This document shows, in pieces, positions 17,737 through 28,031 of a DNA stretch of 64,000 nucleotides. The stretch is from Candidatus Multivoradales bacterium (GTDB lineage Bacteria > Acidobacteriota > Thermoanaerobaculia > Multivoradales > JAHEKO01). The position numbers were made by a program, and so were the translations under genes. The DNA is taken from contig CBDCXM010000009.1 of assembly GCA_965223855.1 (NCBI GenBank), positions 2,193,054 through 2,257,053 on the forward strand, written 5' to 3'. Positions within the stretch are counted from its first letter, which is position 1. Every line of letters begins with the position of its first letter. Under the pieces are notes generated by a model. It searched no databases and was not told the DNA's origin. It saw only the letters and a program-made list of their open reading frames with translations.

Positions 17737-18900
17737 ATGAGCATCAACGACCTTCTCAAAGTCGCCGTCGAGCGCGAGGCGTCGGACCTTCACCTGAAGG
17801 TCGGCAATCACCCGGTGCTGCGCATCAACGGGCGGCTCCACCCGATGCTGGAGATCAACCGCCTGATGCAGGACGACACGGCGGCCATGGCGTTCTCGAT
17901 CATGAACGCCCGCCAGAAGCAGCGCTTCAAGGAGGACCTCGAGATCGACATCGGCTACTCGGTCCCGGGGCTCGGGCGCTTCCGCTGCAACGTCTTCCAG
18001 CAGCGCGGCGCGGTCGGACTGGTGCTGCGTGTCATCCCGACCACCATCCTCGGGGTCCGGGAACTCATGCTGCCGCCGGTGATCGAGAAGATCGCCGAAG
18101 AGCAGCGCGGTCTGGTGCTCGTGACCGGCACTACCGGCTCGGGTAAGTCGACGACACTCGCCGCGATGATCGACCACATCAACGAGCGCCGCACCGAGCA
18201 CGTCGTGACGATCGAGGATCCGATCGAGTTCATCCATCAGGACAAGAAGTCGCTCGTCAATCAGCGTGAACTCGACGTCGACACGCGCGGCTTCGCGCCG
18301 GCGCTGCGATCCGCATTGCGTCAGGACCCCGACGTCATCCTCGTCGGTGAGATGCGCGACTACGAGACGATCGAGACCGCGCTGCTGGCGGCCGAGACCG
18401 GCCATCTGGTGCTCTCGACCCTCCATACCCTCGACGCCACCGAGACGGTCAACCGCATCATCGCCGTCTTCCCGCCGCATCAGCAGAAGCAGATCCGCAT
18501 CCAGCTCTCGCAGGTACTCAAGGCGATCATCTCTCAGCGCCTGATGCCGCGAGCGGACGGGGTCGGCCGGGTGCCGGCGGCCGAGATCCTGCTGGCGACC
18601 GCCTACATCCGCGACTGCATCGAGAACAAGGAAAAGACCAAGTACATCCGCGAGCAGATCGCCCTCGGCACGAGCCAGTACGGCATGCAGACCTTCGACC
18701 AGTCGCTCTACCACCTCTACGAGAGCGGTCTCATCACCTTCGACGAGGCTCTGCGCAGGGCGTCGAACCCGGACGAGTTCAAGCTCAAGGTCCAGGGTGT
18801 TCAGTTCACCTCCGACGCGGCTCGCGAGCAGATGGAGTCGTCGCTCGAGATGTCGAGCGGCTTCGGCGGCGGTGGCATCGACGATGCCGTCGAGCCCTGA
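17737..18900 (+). CDS. pilT: Type IV pilus retraction ATPase PilT
   Basis: 'MSINDLLKVAVEREASDLHLKVGNHPVLRINGRL', Walker A 'GTTGSGKSTTLAAMIDHIN', 'VGEMRDYETIETALLAAETGHLVLSTLHT', 387 aa. ATG at 17737 with the SD 'gagagg'. Confidence 0.9.
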   Translation: MSINDLLKVAVEREASDLHLKVGNHPVLRINGRLHPMLEINRLMQDDTAAMAFSIMNARQKQRFKEDLEIDIGYSVPGLGRFRCNVFQQRGAVGLVLRVIPTTILGVRELMLPPVIEKIAEEQRGLVLVTGTTGSGKSTTLAAMIDHINERRTEHVVTIEDPIEFIHQDKKSLVNQRELDVDTRGFAPALRSALRQDPDVILVGEMRDYETIETALLAAETGHLVLSTLHTLDATETVNRIIAVFPPHQQKQIRIQLSQVLKAIISQRLMPRADGVGRVPAAEILLATAYIRDCIENKEKTKYIREQIALGTSQYGMQTFDQSLYHLYESGLITFDEALRRASNPDEFKLKVQGVQFTSDAAREQMESSLEMSSGFGGGGIDDAVEP

Positions 18901-19399
18901 GGGGGACGAGCAGGAACCGCGCGCCGAGGGGGATCGAACCGCCGAAGCGCGCGCCAAGGCGCTCGACCTGCTGGCGTCACGACCCCACTTCCGAGCCGAA
19001 CTGGCGGTCAAGCTCGGACGGCGGGGTTTCGAGCCCGGAGTCGTCGAGGCCTGCCTCGACCGCCTCGAGGAGAGCGGCTACCTGGATGACCGCGAAGCGG
19101 CTCTGGGGTTCGCCCGCGGCCGTGCGAGCCGCGGTCACTGGGGCCCGGCGCGGCTGAGAGCCGAGCTTCGCGGCCGTGGAGTCGGGGACTCGATCGCCGA
19201 CGAGGTGGTCCGCGAGCAGTTCGCCGACGGTGAGCGCGAGGCGATCGAGGCGGCCGCCGAGGCGTGGCGGCGCCGCGGCCGGGGAGGGCGCGACGCGCTG
19301 GCCCGCTTTCTCGACCGGCGGGGGTTCTCAAAGGGCGCGATCGTTGAGATATTGACCCTCTTCGCCGAGCCGGGAGAGAGCGATCATGAAGAGTTCTGA
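18884..19399 (+). CDS. recX: Recombination regulator RecX
   Basis: 'AKALDLLASRPHFRAELAVKLGRRGFEPGVVEACLDRLEESGYLDDREAALGFARGR' shows the RecX three-helix repeats. It overlaps the pilT 3' end and sits in the conserved recX-alaS context. Confidence 0.8.
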   Translation: MPSSPEGDEQEPRAEGDRTAEARAKALDLLASRPHFRAELAVKLGRRGFEPGVVEACLDRLEESGYLDDREAALGFARGRASRGHWGPARLRAELRGRGVGDSIADEVVREQFADGEREAIEAAAEAWRRRGRGGRDALARFLDRRGFSKGAIVEILTLFAEPGESDHEEF

Positions 19400-22070
19400 C
19401 GTCCGCCAGGGGTTTCTCGACTACTTTGCCGAGCGGGGCCACGCCGCTCTGCCGAGCGGGCCGCTCGTTCCCGCCGGCGACGCGACGCTGCTCTTCACCA
19501 ACGCCGGCATGGTGCAGTTCAAGGATCATTTCCTCGGCCGCGTGACTGTCGATCCGCCGCGCGCGGTGACCTCCCAGAAGTGCATGCGGGTCTCGGGCAA
19601 GCACAACGACCTCGAGAACGTCGGCCCCAGTCCCCGCCACCACACGTTCTTCGAGATGCTCGGCAACTTCTCGTTCGGCGACTACTTCAAGGCCGAGGCG
19701 ATCGAGTTCGCCTGGGAGCTGGTGACAAAGGTCTGGGGGCTGCCTCCGGAGCGCCTCTTTGCCACCGTGTTCGAGGAGGACGACGAGGCCGAGGAGCTGT
19801 GGAAAAAGGTCTCCGGCCTCGATCCGCGACGGATCTACCGCTGCGGCGCTAAGGACAACTTCTGGGCGATGGGCGACACCGGTCCGTGCGGACCGTGCAG
19901 CGAGATCTTCGTCGACCTTCAGCCGGACCGGCCGCAGATCGACTTCCACGAGGGCTCCGAGAACGGTCGCTACCTCGAGATCTGGAATCTCGTCTTCATG
20001 CAGTTCGACCGCGGCGAGGACGGCGAGACCGTGCCGTTGCCGAACCCGTCGATCGACACCGGCGCCGGCCTCGAACGGGTCGCCGCAGTGCTCCAGGGGG
20101 TGGGGTCCAACTACGACAGCGACCTCTTCCAGCCGATCCTCGCGGCAGCGGCGGCGCTCGCCGATCGGACCTACGGCGAGGATGCGTCGGCCGACGTCTC
20201 CATGCGGGTGATCGCCGATCACCTGCGGGCGGTGACCTTCCTGCTGGCCGACGGCGTCATCCCGAGCAACGAGGGTCGCGGCTATGTGCTCCGCCGCATC
20301 CTGCGCCGCGCGGTGCGCCACGGGATGAATCTCGGCTTCGAGGAGCCGTTCCTGCACCGGCTGGTGCCGGTGGTCGGCGAGGTGCTCGGCGAGCACTACG
20401 AAGAGCTCGGCGCCACGCGGAGCGCGTCACAGAAGACCGTCGAGGCGGAGGAGCAGAAGTTCCTCTCGACCGTTGCCACCGCCTCCGGGCGGGTGCAGAA
20501 GGCGATCGAAGAGGCGAAGGCGGCGGGGAGGAGCGAGCTCGACGGCGCGAGTGTGTTCCGGTTCTACGACACGTTCGGGCTGCCGGCGGAGGTGATTCGC
20601 GAGATCGCCGAAGAGGAGCGGTTCGGGGTCGATGAGAAGGGCTTCCAGGTAGAGCTCGAGAAGCAGCGGTCGAGGTCGAGGGATGCGGCTGGTGGTTCGG
20701 GGAAGATCGAGGAGGCGGACTTCGGCTACACGGGTACACCGCCCGAGACCCGTTTCGTGGGGTACGGCAAGGGTGCACGACGGGAACAGCAAGCGGGAAT
20801 CAGGGCTCTCGCGGGAAGAGGGCCGGCCGGCGATTGGCAGTTCACCGACCGTCTCGACACCGGGATGGAAGGACTGGTCGTGCTCGATCCGACTCCGTTC
20901 TACGCCGAGGCGGGCGGCCAGGTCGGTGACCGTGGCTTCCTTACCTGGAAGGGTGGGAGGGCGGTCGTCGTCGATACTCGCAAGGTCAACTCGGGCAAGG
21001 TCCATGCCCAGCGCGTGAGGGTCGAAGAGGGGAGTCTTGTCGGTCCCTGGATAGAGGACGGAGTCACCCGGCTCATCAGGGCCGAGGTAGATCTCGATCA
21101 TCGGGTTCCCACGGAACGCAACCACACCGGCACCCATCTGCTCCATGCCGCCCTGCGCCACGTTCTGGGGGACGGGGTCCGCCAGGCCGGTTCGCTGGTC
21201 GCTCCCGACCGGCTCCGCTTCGACTTCACCTACGGTCAGCCGGTCACCGACGACGAGTTGCGAGAGATCGAGTCGATCGTCAACCGCTGGGTCCTGGAGA
21301 GTCGCACGGTCGAAATCGAGGAGGGCCGCGACTTCGAAGAGGCACGGGCTGCCGGTGCGATGGCGCTCTTCGGCGAGAAGTACGGCGACACGGTTCGCAC
21401 GGTCGAGGTGCCGGGCGGTGTCGGCAGCCTCGAGCTGTGCGGAGGCTGCCACGTCTCCAACACCGGAGAGATTGGTCCGTTCCTGATCGTCGCCGAGCGC
21501 GGCGTCGCCTCCGGGGTGCGCCGCATCGAGGCGCTCACCGGCGAGGGGGCGCTCGAGGAGATCGACCGCCGCCGCCGGCTGCTCGCCCGGCTCGGCGAGG
21601 TCGCCGGAGTGCCGGAGGATCGGCTGGTCGATGAGATCGAGCAGCGATCCCTGCGCGCCAGGGATCTCGAGCGGGAGCTTTCGAGCCTGCGCATGAAGAT
21701 GGTCTCGGGCGCCGGCGGCGACGAAGACGATGGGGTGGATGTCGACGGCCTCAGGGTCGTGGCGAAGGAGGTGCCGATGGCACCCGCCAACGACCTGCGC
21801 AGCATGGCCGACGTGCTGCGCAACAGGATCGGCAGCGGAGTGGTGGTGCTGGGCGCGCGCGCCGACGGCAAGGTCCAGCTGATCGTCGCCGTCTCGCCCG
21901 ATGCCACCGATCGCGTGCGAGCCGGCGATGTGGTCAAGGAGCTGGCGGCCCGGGTCGGTGGCGGAGGAGGCGGGCGGCCCGACTTCGCACAGGCCGGAGG
22001 GCGCGATCCCGAGGCGCTGGACGAGGCGCTCGCGGCCGCAGCCGACGTCGTTCGGGAGAAGTTGGCGTAA
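19386..22070 (+). CDS. alaS: Alanine--tRNA ligase
   Basis: 'MKSSDVRQGFLDYFAERGHAALPSGPLVPAGDATLLFTNAGMVQFKD', editing-domain 'HTGTHLLHAAL' and 'CGGCHV', 894 aa. Confidence 0.97.
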   Translation: MKSSDVRQGFLDYFAERGHAALPSGPLVPAGDATLLFTNAGMVQFKDHFLGRVTVDPPRAVTSQKCMRVSGKHNDLENVGPSPRHHTFFEMLGNFSFGDYFKAEAIEFAWELVTKVWGLPPERLFATVFEEDDEAEELWKKVSGLDPRRIYRCGAKDNFWAMGDTGPCGPCSEIFVDLQPDRPQIDFHEGSENGRYLEIWNLVFMQFDRGEDGETVPLPNPSIDTGAGLERVAAVLQGVGSNYDSDLFQPILAAAAALADRTYGEDASADVSMRVIADHLRAVTFLLADGVIPSNEGRGYVLRRILRRAVRHGMNLGFEEPFLHRLVPVVGEVLGEHYEELGATRSASQKTVEAEEQKFLSTVATASGRVQKAIEEAKAAGRSELDGASVFRFYDTFGLPAEVIREIAEEERFGVDEKGFQVELEKQRSRSRDAAGGSGKIEEADFGYTGTPPETRFVGYGKGARREQQAGIRALAGRGPAGDWQFTDRLDTGMEGLVVLDPTPFYAEAGGQVGDRGFLTWKGGRAVVVDTRKVNSGKVHAQRVRVEEGSLVGPWIEDGVTRLIRAEVDLDHRVPTERNHTGTHLLHAALRHVLGDGVRQAGSLVAPDRLRFDFTYGQPVTDDELREIESIVNRWVLESRTVEIEEGRDFEEARAAGAMALFGEKYGDTVRTVEVPGGVGSLELCGGCHVSNTGEIGPFLIVAERGVASGVRRIEALTGEGALEEIDRRRRLLARLGEVAGVPEDRLVDEIEQRSLRARDLERELSSLRMKMVSGAGGDEDDGVDVDGLRVVAKEVPMAPANDLRSMADVLRNRIGSGVVVLGARADGKVQLIVAVSPDATDRVRAGDVVKELAARVGGGGGGRPDFAQAGGRDPEALDEALAAAADVVREKLA

Positions 22071-22075
22071 ACTCG

Positions 22076-22774
22076 ATGGTTATGCGACGAATCGCGGCCG
22101 GCTTGGCCGGCTTTCTCGTCGTGGGTGCCGCGATCGCCGACGTCGAGGTGCACACGGGAGCCGACGGACGGAAGGTGTTCACGAACACCCCGTCCGTACG
22201 GGTTGCGAGTCGACCGGCAACGGCTCGCTCGACCCCCTCGACCCGGCCGGCCCGCTCGGCTTCGCCCGCAGCGATCGCCCTCGTGTCGCGCGACGAGCTC
22301 GACTCGCTGATCGAGGAGCATTCCGGCCGTAATCGTCTCGACCCCGATCTGGTGCGGGCGGTCATTCGCGCCGAGTCCGGCTTCAACCCGCGCGCCGTCT
22401 CGTCCAAGGGGGCAATGGGGTTGATGCAGTTGATGCCGGCGACGGCGGCCGACCTCGATGTCGACGACGCGTTCGATCCGGAGTCGAACATCGACGGAGG
22501 CACCCGTTACCTGCGGCAGATGTTCGACGAGTTCGAGGGGCAGATCGAGCTCGCTCTGGCGGGCTACAACGCCGGCCCCAATGCGGTGCGCCACTACGGC
22601 GGTATTCCGCCGTTCGCAGAGACCCGCAGGTACGTCGAGCGGGTGCTGCGGGACTACCGCGATGATTTCGGCTACCGGCTGCCGACGACCGCCGCCTCGA
22701 GCGGAGGGCGCAAGGTCTACATGTCGCGCGACTCCTCGGGCAAGCTCGTTCTCTCGACCTTCGGCGACGGCTGA
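22076..22774 (+). CDS. Lytic transglycosylase (SLT domain), secreted
   Basis: Signal peptide 'MVMRRIAAGLAGFLVVGAAIA'. SLT catalytic region 'VRAVIRAESGFNPRAVSSKGAMGLMQLMPATAADL...AGYNAGPNAVRHYGGIPPFAETRRYV'. Confidence 0.8.
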   Translation: MVMRRIAAGLAGFLVVGAAIADVEVHTGADGRKVFTNTPSVRVASRPATARSTPSTRPARSASPAAIALVSRDELDSLIEEHSGRNRLDPDLVRAVIRAESGFNPRAVSSKGAMGLMQLMPATAADLDVDDAFDPESNIDGGTRYLRQMFDEFEGQIELALAGYNAGPNAVRHYGGIPPFAETRRYVERVLRDYRDDFGYRLPTTAASSGGRKVYMSRDSSGKLVLSTFGDG

Positions 22775-22851
22775 AGCCGGGCCCGCGGCCGCCTCCTCAC
22801 CTCCCAGCATCGTCCGACTCGCGCTCTCTCGCTGCGATACCCTCACCTGCC

Positions 22852-23409
22852 GTGGCTCCTCGCATCTTCACCGTTCCGAACGCGCTGACGCTCTTCCGCA
22901 TCCTGCTGGTGCCGCTCCTGGTCGTGGTGCTTCTCACGAAGTTCGAGGGCAAGGAGATGGTCGGTCTCGGCGTCTTCCTGCTCGCCTCGCTGACCGATTT
23001 CCTCGACGGTTTCCTCGCCCGCCGGCGGCAGGAGGTGACCAAGCTCGGCAAGTTGCTCGATCCGGCGGCCGACAAAATCCTCGTCTCCGCGGCGCTGATC
23101 TCGCTCATCGAGCTCGACGTCGCACCCGCCTGGATCGTGATGGTGATCCTCGCGCGCGAGTTCCTGATGTCGGCCTTTCGCAGTCTCGCCGCCGGAGAGG
23201 GGATCGTCCTCGCCGCTTCCTGGCTCGGCAAGCTCAAGACGACGACGCAGATCATCGCGATCTCGCTCCTGATCATCTACGAGCACCTCGGTGAGTTCGA
23301 GCATCTGGCGCCGGCGATGCTGTGGATCGCCATGATCACGACCCTCGTCTCCGGGCTCGAATACCTGATCCGCTACGGCCCCCAGGTGGTCGGCGTGGAC
23401 CGGCCCTGA
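22852..23409 (+). CDS. pgsA: CDP-diacylglycerol--glycerol-3-phosphate 3-phosphatidyltransferase
   Basis: CDP-alcohol phosphatidyltransferase motif 'DFLDGFLARRRQEVTKLGKLLDPAADKILV', N-terminus 'PNALTLFRILLVPLLVV'. Confidence 0.85.
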   Translation: MAPRIFTVPNALTLFRILLVPLLVVVLLTKFEGKEMVGLGVFLLASLTDFLDGFLARRRQEVTKLGKLLDPAADKILVSAALISLIELDVAPAWIVMVILAREFLMSAFRSLAAGEGIVLAASWLGKLKTTTQIIAISLLIIYEHLGEFEHLAPAMLWIAMITTLVSGLEYLIRYGPQVVGVDRP

Positions 23410-23431
23410 CGGGAGCGTCGAGAGCGGTCCG

Positions 23432-26026
23432 ATGCCCCGTCGCCTTCTCCAGCGCGTAGCGCTCTTTGCCCGCCGCCGGTATCGGTGGATCTTCACCACC
23501 ACGGCGCTCCTGGTCGTGACCTCGATCGGGCTCGCCAGCAGGCTGCATTTCGACACCGACTTCCTCAACCTGCTGCCGCAGAACGCGGAGGAGGTCAGGA
23601 CCTTCCGGAGAAATCTGGAGGAGTTCGGCAGCGTCGACTACCTGCTGGTGGTCGTTCGCATCCCCGAGGGTGCCGTCGTCGAGCCGTTCGAGAACCTCGC
23701 CGACCGGCTCGGCGAGCGGATGAAGGGGCTCGAGGAGTTCGAGTCGGTCGAGTACAAGCTCGGCGAGCTCGACGAGCTGCTCGAGACGTTCCTGCCTCAG
23801 GCATTGCTGTTCCTGGGAGACGAGGAGCGCGCCGCGGTGCTCGAGAAGGTATCGCCCGAGGCGCTCGAACGGCGGGCTCGCGAGGTGCGCCGCCTGCTGG
23901 CCACGCCGCAGGCGCTGACCCTCAAGCGGCTCGTCACACTCGATCCGTTCGGGCTGTCGGAGATCTTCCTGGAGCGCCTCAACACAGCGCGAGGCGGCCT
24001 CTCTCTCGACTGGTCGAGCGGCTACCTTCTGTCGACCGACCAGCGGATGCTGCTGCTCCTAGGCAAGCCGGCCAAGCCGCCGCAGGACGTGCAGTTCAAC
24101 CGTCGATTGGTCGAAGTGATGGAAGGCGAGATCGAGGCGTTACGCCCCGAATGGCCCGATCTCTCGCAGGGAACCGACCTCGACTTCCCCGAAGTGGCCC
24201 TGGGGGGCCGCTACGTCATCGCACTCGGTGACGAGGAGCTGATCCGTCGCGATGCGATCAGCAACTTCCTGACGTCCTTCTTCGGGGTCCTGCTGCTGTT
24301 CCTCTTCGCCTTCCGCCGCTTCGGAGTGCTGCTCTACGCCTTCGTGCCGCTGGCCACCGGGCTCATGCTGACCTTCGGGTTCTCGTACCTCGCCTTCGGG
24401 GTGCTGAACTCGGCCACCAGCGGCGTGGCGGCGCTCCTGATCGGGCTCGGTATCGACTTCGTCATCGTCTCCTACGGCCGCTTCGTCGAGGAACGCCACG
24501 AGGGGAAGGGATTCGAGGAAGCGCTGGCGAAGATGAACGGCTCGTCGGGTCGCGCCGTCATTATCGGGGCGGTGACGAGCGCGGCGACCTTCTACGCCTT
24601 TGCCATCACCCAGTTCAAGGGGCTCTCGCAGATGGGGCTGCTCACCGGTACCGGCATCCTCTTCTGCATGCTGGCGGTCCTCTTCCTGCTGCCGTCGCTG
24701 CTTGCCTGGAGCCACGATCGCCACGAGCGCCGCCGAACCGACCAGCGACTGTTTCTCCACGACCTCGGCTCGACGGCGTTGATTCGCTATTCGCTGCGAC
24801 GGCCGATCGTCGTGCTGGTGGCCGGGGCCCTGATCACCGTCGTCGCCGCGCTGTCGGCGAGCCGCCTGACCTTCGAGGACAGCGTCAAGTCGATGCGGCC
24901 TGCCGGCAACCCGGGCACCGAAGTCTGGGAAGAGGTGGCGTCGCGTTTCGGCTCCGGTTTCGAGCAGATGAGCTTCGTCGCCTCGGCTCCCGATCTCGAG
25001 GGGGTGCTCGAACGCGCTGCCGCTGCCTCCGAGGAGGCGGCGGCGCTGGTCGAAGCCGAAGTGCTGCGCGGCTACGACGGCATTCACACCGTGATCCCAC
25101 CGCGCAGCCGCCAGCAGGCCGCCCTCGAATGGCTTGACGAGCAGCGTGCAGGGGCGCTCGACATGGCTCGGATCCGCGCGGATTTCGAAAGCGCTCTCAC
25201 CGCGGCCGGCCTGCGCGCCGCGCCGTTCGAGCGCGGCCTGTCCCTCTTCGGGGCGGCGGTGGCGCGCGATCAGCCGATCGGCCTCGAGGACTTCCGCCAG
25301 TCGGGGCAGGCGAGCCGTTTGCTCGACCGCTACCTCGTCCAGTCCGGGGATGGGTGGCGCAGCGCCGTCTACCTCTATCCGCCGCCCCGCGTCTGGGCAC
25401 GCGAGGCGCCGCCGGAGGCCCACGCGGCGGCCGAGCGGCTCGGCTCCGACATCGAGCTGACGGGAGCCAACGTGCTCAACGCCTTCCTGCGCGAGCGGGT
25501 GCTCTCCGATGCGGTGATCGCCGCCGTCATCGGCTTCGTGCTCGTCGGCTTCCTCCTGTGGCTCGACTTCCGAAACCTGCGCGACACAGTGTTGTCGCTC
25601 GCCCCGCTGTCGGTCGGCATCGTCTGGATGCTCGGTGCGATGGCGGCGATGGGCGTGGCGATGAACTTCATGAACATCTTCGTGACGACCATGATCATCG
25701 GCATCGGGGTCGACTACGGAGTGCACATGCTGCACCGCTATCGCGAGCTGGCGGGAGCGGACGACGAGGCCTACGCAGTCGGCCTTTCCGAGACCGGCAA
25801 AGCGATCGTGCTGGCGGCGCTGTCGACGATCGTCGGCTTCGGCTCGCTGTCGCTGTCGCACTATCCCGGCCTGCAGTCGATGGGCAAGGTGTCGATTCTC
25901 GGCGCCGTCTCGACCGCGCTGGTGGCGATCAGCGTCCTGCCGGCCTACATGGGGCGGCGGATCGCCCGCCATCGACCGGGTGGAGCCGCTCACGGAGCGC
26001 CCGCCGCGGGCGAGGGAGAGGACTGA
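23432..26026 (+). CDS. RND-superfamily MMPL/HAE3-type exporter (two 6-TM bundles, SSD-like)
   Basis: 864 aa. Two hydrophobic 6-TM domains ('...SFFGVLLLFLFAFRRFGVLLYAFVPLATGLMLTFGFSYLAFGVLNS...' and '...SLAPLSVGIVWMLGAMAAMGVAMNFMNIFVTTMIIGIGVDYGVHML...') separated by large periplasmic loops. This matches MMPL/HpnN-like lipid exporters. Confidence 0.75.
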   Translation: MPRRLLQRVALFARRRYRWIFTTTALLVVTSIGLASRLHFDTDFLNLLPQNAEEVRTFRRNLEEFGSVDYLLVVVRIPEGAVVEPFENLADRLGERMKGLEEFESVEYKLGELDELLETFLPQALLFLGDEERAAVLEKVSPEALERRAREVRRLLATPQALTLKRLVTLDPFGLSEIFLERLNTARGGLSLDWSSGYLLSTDQRMLLLLGKPAKPPQDVQFNRRLVEVMEGEIEALRPEWPDLSQGTDLDFPEVALGGRYVIALGDEELIRRDAISNFLTSFFGVLLLFLFAFRRFGVLLYAFVPLATGLMLTFGFSYLAFGVLNSATSGVAALLIGLGIDFVIVSYGRFVEERHEGKGFEEALAKMNGSSGRAVIIGAVTSAATFYAFAITQFKGLSQMGLLTGTGILFCMLAVLFLLPSLLAWSHDRHERRRTDQRLFLHDLGSTALIRYSLRRPIVVLVAGALITVVAALSASRLTFEDSVKSMRPAGNPGTEVWEEVASRFGSGFEQMSFVASAPDLEGVLERAAAASEEAAALVEAEVLRGYDGIHTVIPPRSRQQAALEWLDEQRAGALDMARIRADFESALTAAGLRAAPFERGLSLFGAAVARDQPIGLEDFRQSGQASRLLDRYLVQSGDGWRSAVYLYPPPRVWAREAPPEAHAAAERLGSDIELTGANVLNAFLRERVLSDAVIAAVIGFVLVGFLLWLDFRNLRDTVLSLAPLSVGIVWMLGAMAAMGVAMNFMNIFVTTMIIGIGVDYGVHMLHRYRELAGADDEAYAVGLSETGKAIVLAALSTIVGFGSLSLSHYPGLQSMGKVSILGAVSTALVAISVLPAYMGRRIARHRPGGAAHGAPAAGEGED

Positions 26027-26045
26027 TGGGAGTGACGACCGACTG

Positions 26046-27365
26046 ATGTTCGACGGACTGCAGGACAAGCTGCAGGGGGTCTTCCGGCGCCTCAAGGGTG
26101 AGGGTCGGGTCTCCGAGGAGGTGCTCAAGGCGGCGCTGCGCGAGATCAGGCTGGCGCTGCTCGAAGCCGACGTCCACTTCCGGGTGGTCAAGCCGTTCAT
26201 CGCGCGGGTCAGCGAGCGGGCGCTCGGGAGCGACGTGCTCGAGAGCCTGACGCCGGCGCAGCAGGTGATCAAGATCGTCAAGGACGAGCTGGTCACCCTG
26301 CTCGGCGAGGACGGCTCGGAGCTCGAGCTCGCCCGCCGCCCGGCCGTCGTCCTGCTGTGCGGTCTCCAGGGGTCGGGAAAGACGACGACGGCGGGGAAGC
26401 TCGCCCTGAGGCTGCGCAATCGCGGCCGCCGGCCGCTCCTCGTCGCCGGCGACCTGCAACGCGCTGCGGCGGTCGATCAGCTCCGCCAGGTCGGGGCCGC
26501 CGTCGAAGTGGAGGTCCTGACGCCGGGCGAGGGGGAGGGTGTGGTCGCGCTCGCCGGGCGGGCGCTCAAGGAGGCGAAGTCCCGGCTCTTCGACACGGTG
26601 ATCTTCGATACCGCCGGGCGGCTGCACGTCGACGAGCAGCTGATGGAGGAGCTCAAGGCGGTCGCGGGAGTCCTCGATCCCGAGGAGACGCTGTTCGTCG
26701 CCGACTCGATGACCGGGCAGGACGCCGTCAAGAGCGCCGCCGAGTTCTCGGCCGCGATGGAACTCACCGGCGTCATCCTGACGAAACTCGACGGCGACAC
26801 ACGCGGCGGCGCGGCGCTTTCGCTGAGGACCGTCGCGGCGGTGCCGATCCGCTTCCTCGGCGTCGGTGAGAAGCCGGAGGAACTGGAGCTCTTCCGCGGC
26901 GAGAGGATGGCCTCGCGCATCCTCGGCATGGGCGACGTGCTGTCGCTGATCGAGAAGGCCGAGCAGGGATTGGACTCGGCTGAGACCGAGCGCCTTGCGA
27001 GAAGGATGGCAAAGCGCCAGTTCACCCTGGAGGATCTGCGCGACCAGTTGCGCCAGATCAAGCGCCTCGGCCCGCTCTCCCAGGTGCTCGAGATGCTCCC
27101 CAAGGCGGGGCCGCTGGCGAAGATGGACCCCTCGCAGGTCGACGACCGCGAGCTGGTCAAGGTCGAGGCGATCCTCAGCTCGATGACCGCCAAGGAGCGC
27201 CGCTACCCGAAGATCCTCGATGCCAGTCGCAAGCGCCGCATCGCGCGCGGTTCCGGCACCCGGGTGCAGGACGTCAACCAGATCCTGAAGCAGCACCGGA
27301 TGATGCAGAAGATGATGAAGGGGATGAAGGGCAACTGGCTGAAGCGCGCCATGGGAGGGCGGTGA
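26046..27365 (+). CDS. ffh: Signal recognition particle protein Ffh
   Basis: 'MFDGLQDKLQGVFRRLKG...', NG-domain 'LCGLQGSGKTTTAGKLA', 'TKLDGDTRGGAALS', methionine-rich M-domain 'KQHRMMQKMMKGMKG'. Confidence 0.95.
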   Translation: MFDGLQDKLQGVFRRLKGEGRVSEEVLKAALREIRLALLEADVHFRVVKPFIARVSERALGSDVLESLTPAQQVIKIVKDELVTLLGEDGSELELARRPAVVLLCGLQGSGKTTTAGKLALRLRNRGRRPLLVAGDLQRAAAVDQLRQVGAAVEVEVLTPGEGEGVVALAGRALKEAKSRLFDTVIFDTAGRLHVDEQLMEELKAVAGVLDPEETLFVADSMTGQDAVKSAAEFSAAMELTGVILTKLDGDTRGGAALSLRTVAAVPIRFLGVGEKPEELELFRGERMASRILGMGDVLSLIEKAEQGLDSAETERLARRMAKRQFTLEDLRDQLRQIKRLGPLSQVLEMLPKAGPLAKMDPSQVDDRELVKVEAILSSMTAKERRYPKILDASRKRRIARGSGTRVQDVNQILKQHRMMQKMMKGMKGNWLKRAMGGR

Positions 27366-27549
27366 CGTCGGTTCGTCGAGCCTGCGGTGACACCTATTTC
27401 GCTTCCTGCTACACTTCGCCGGCTTCCCGGACCGGGTGCACTAGCTCCGAAGCTCGTTTCGATCCGAAGATGCCCGGTTGCCCTCGCCGCGCGGGAGGTC
27501 CAACTCGACAGACTCGCCAGTTTCCAGAGGTTCGTTGGAGGTTTTACCC

Positions 27550-27795
27550 ATGTTGAAGATCAGGTTGCGCCGTATGGGCAGCACGCACACTCCGTTCTAC
27601 CGCGTCGTCGTGTCGGACTCGCGCCTCACGCCGCGTGCGGCGGTGATCGAGGAGGTCGGTCACTACAACCCGGTCTCCGAGCCGCCGCTGATCGAGATCG
27701 ACGGCGATCGCGTGGACCACTGGGTCGGCAACGGCGCCCAGATGTCGCCGACCGTCAAGCGTCTCCTCAAGACTCAGCGCCGCGCGGCTTCCTGA
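27550..27795 (+). CDS. rpsP: 30S ribosomal protein S16
   Basis: 'MLKIRLRRMGSTHTPFYRVVVSDSRLTPRAAVIEEVGHYNP'. Confidence 0.9.
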   Translation: MLKIRLRRMGSTHTPFYRVVVSDSRLTPRAAVIEEVGHYNPVSEPPLIEIDGDRVDHWVGNGAQMSPTVKRLLKTQRRAAS

Positions 27796-28031
27796 TGCCA
27801 AGGCGGCAGCTCGAAGGGTTGATCCGGCGGATCGTCGATCAGCCCGACCAGGTCCGGGTCGACGTCTACGAAGCCCCTGATGCGACGGTCTTCGAGGCGG
27901 AGGTGGCTCCCGCCGACTTGGGCAAGGTGATCGGCCGGCAGGGCCGGACGGCGCGAGCGTTTCGCAATCTCCTCGAAGAGAGGGGGGCGCGCGACGGCGA
28001 GCGCTATGAGTTCGAGATTCTCGACGACTGA
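27795..28031 (+). CDS. KH-domain RNA-binding protein (YlqC/UPF0109 family)
   Basis: 'VDVYEAPDATVFEAEVAPADLGKVIGRQGRTARAFRNLL' with the GxxG KH motif. The start overlaps the rpsP stop (ATGA). Sits in the conserved rpsP-KH-rimM-trmD context. Confidence 0.75.
   Translation: MPRRQLEGLIRRIVDQPDQVRVDVYEAPDATVFEAEVAPADLGKVIGRQGRTARAFRNLLEERGARDGERYEFEILDD

Noticed and set aside
24140-26419. 759-aa ORF antisense to the MMPL exporter and ffh
   Set aside because: Same artefact class. The forward-strand genes have clear family signatures.
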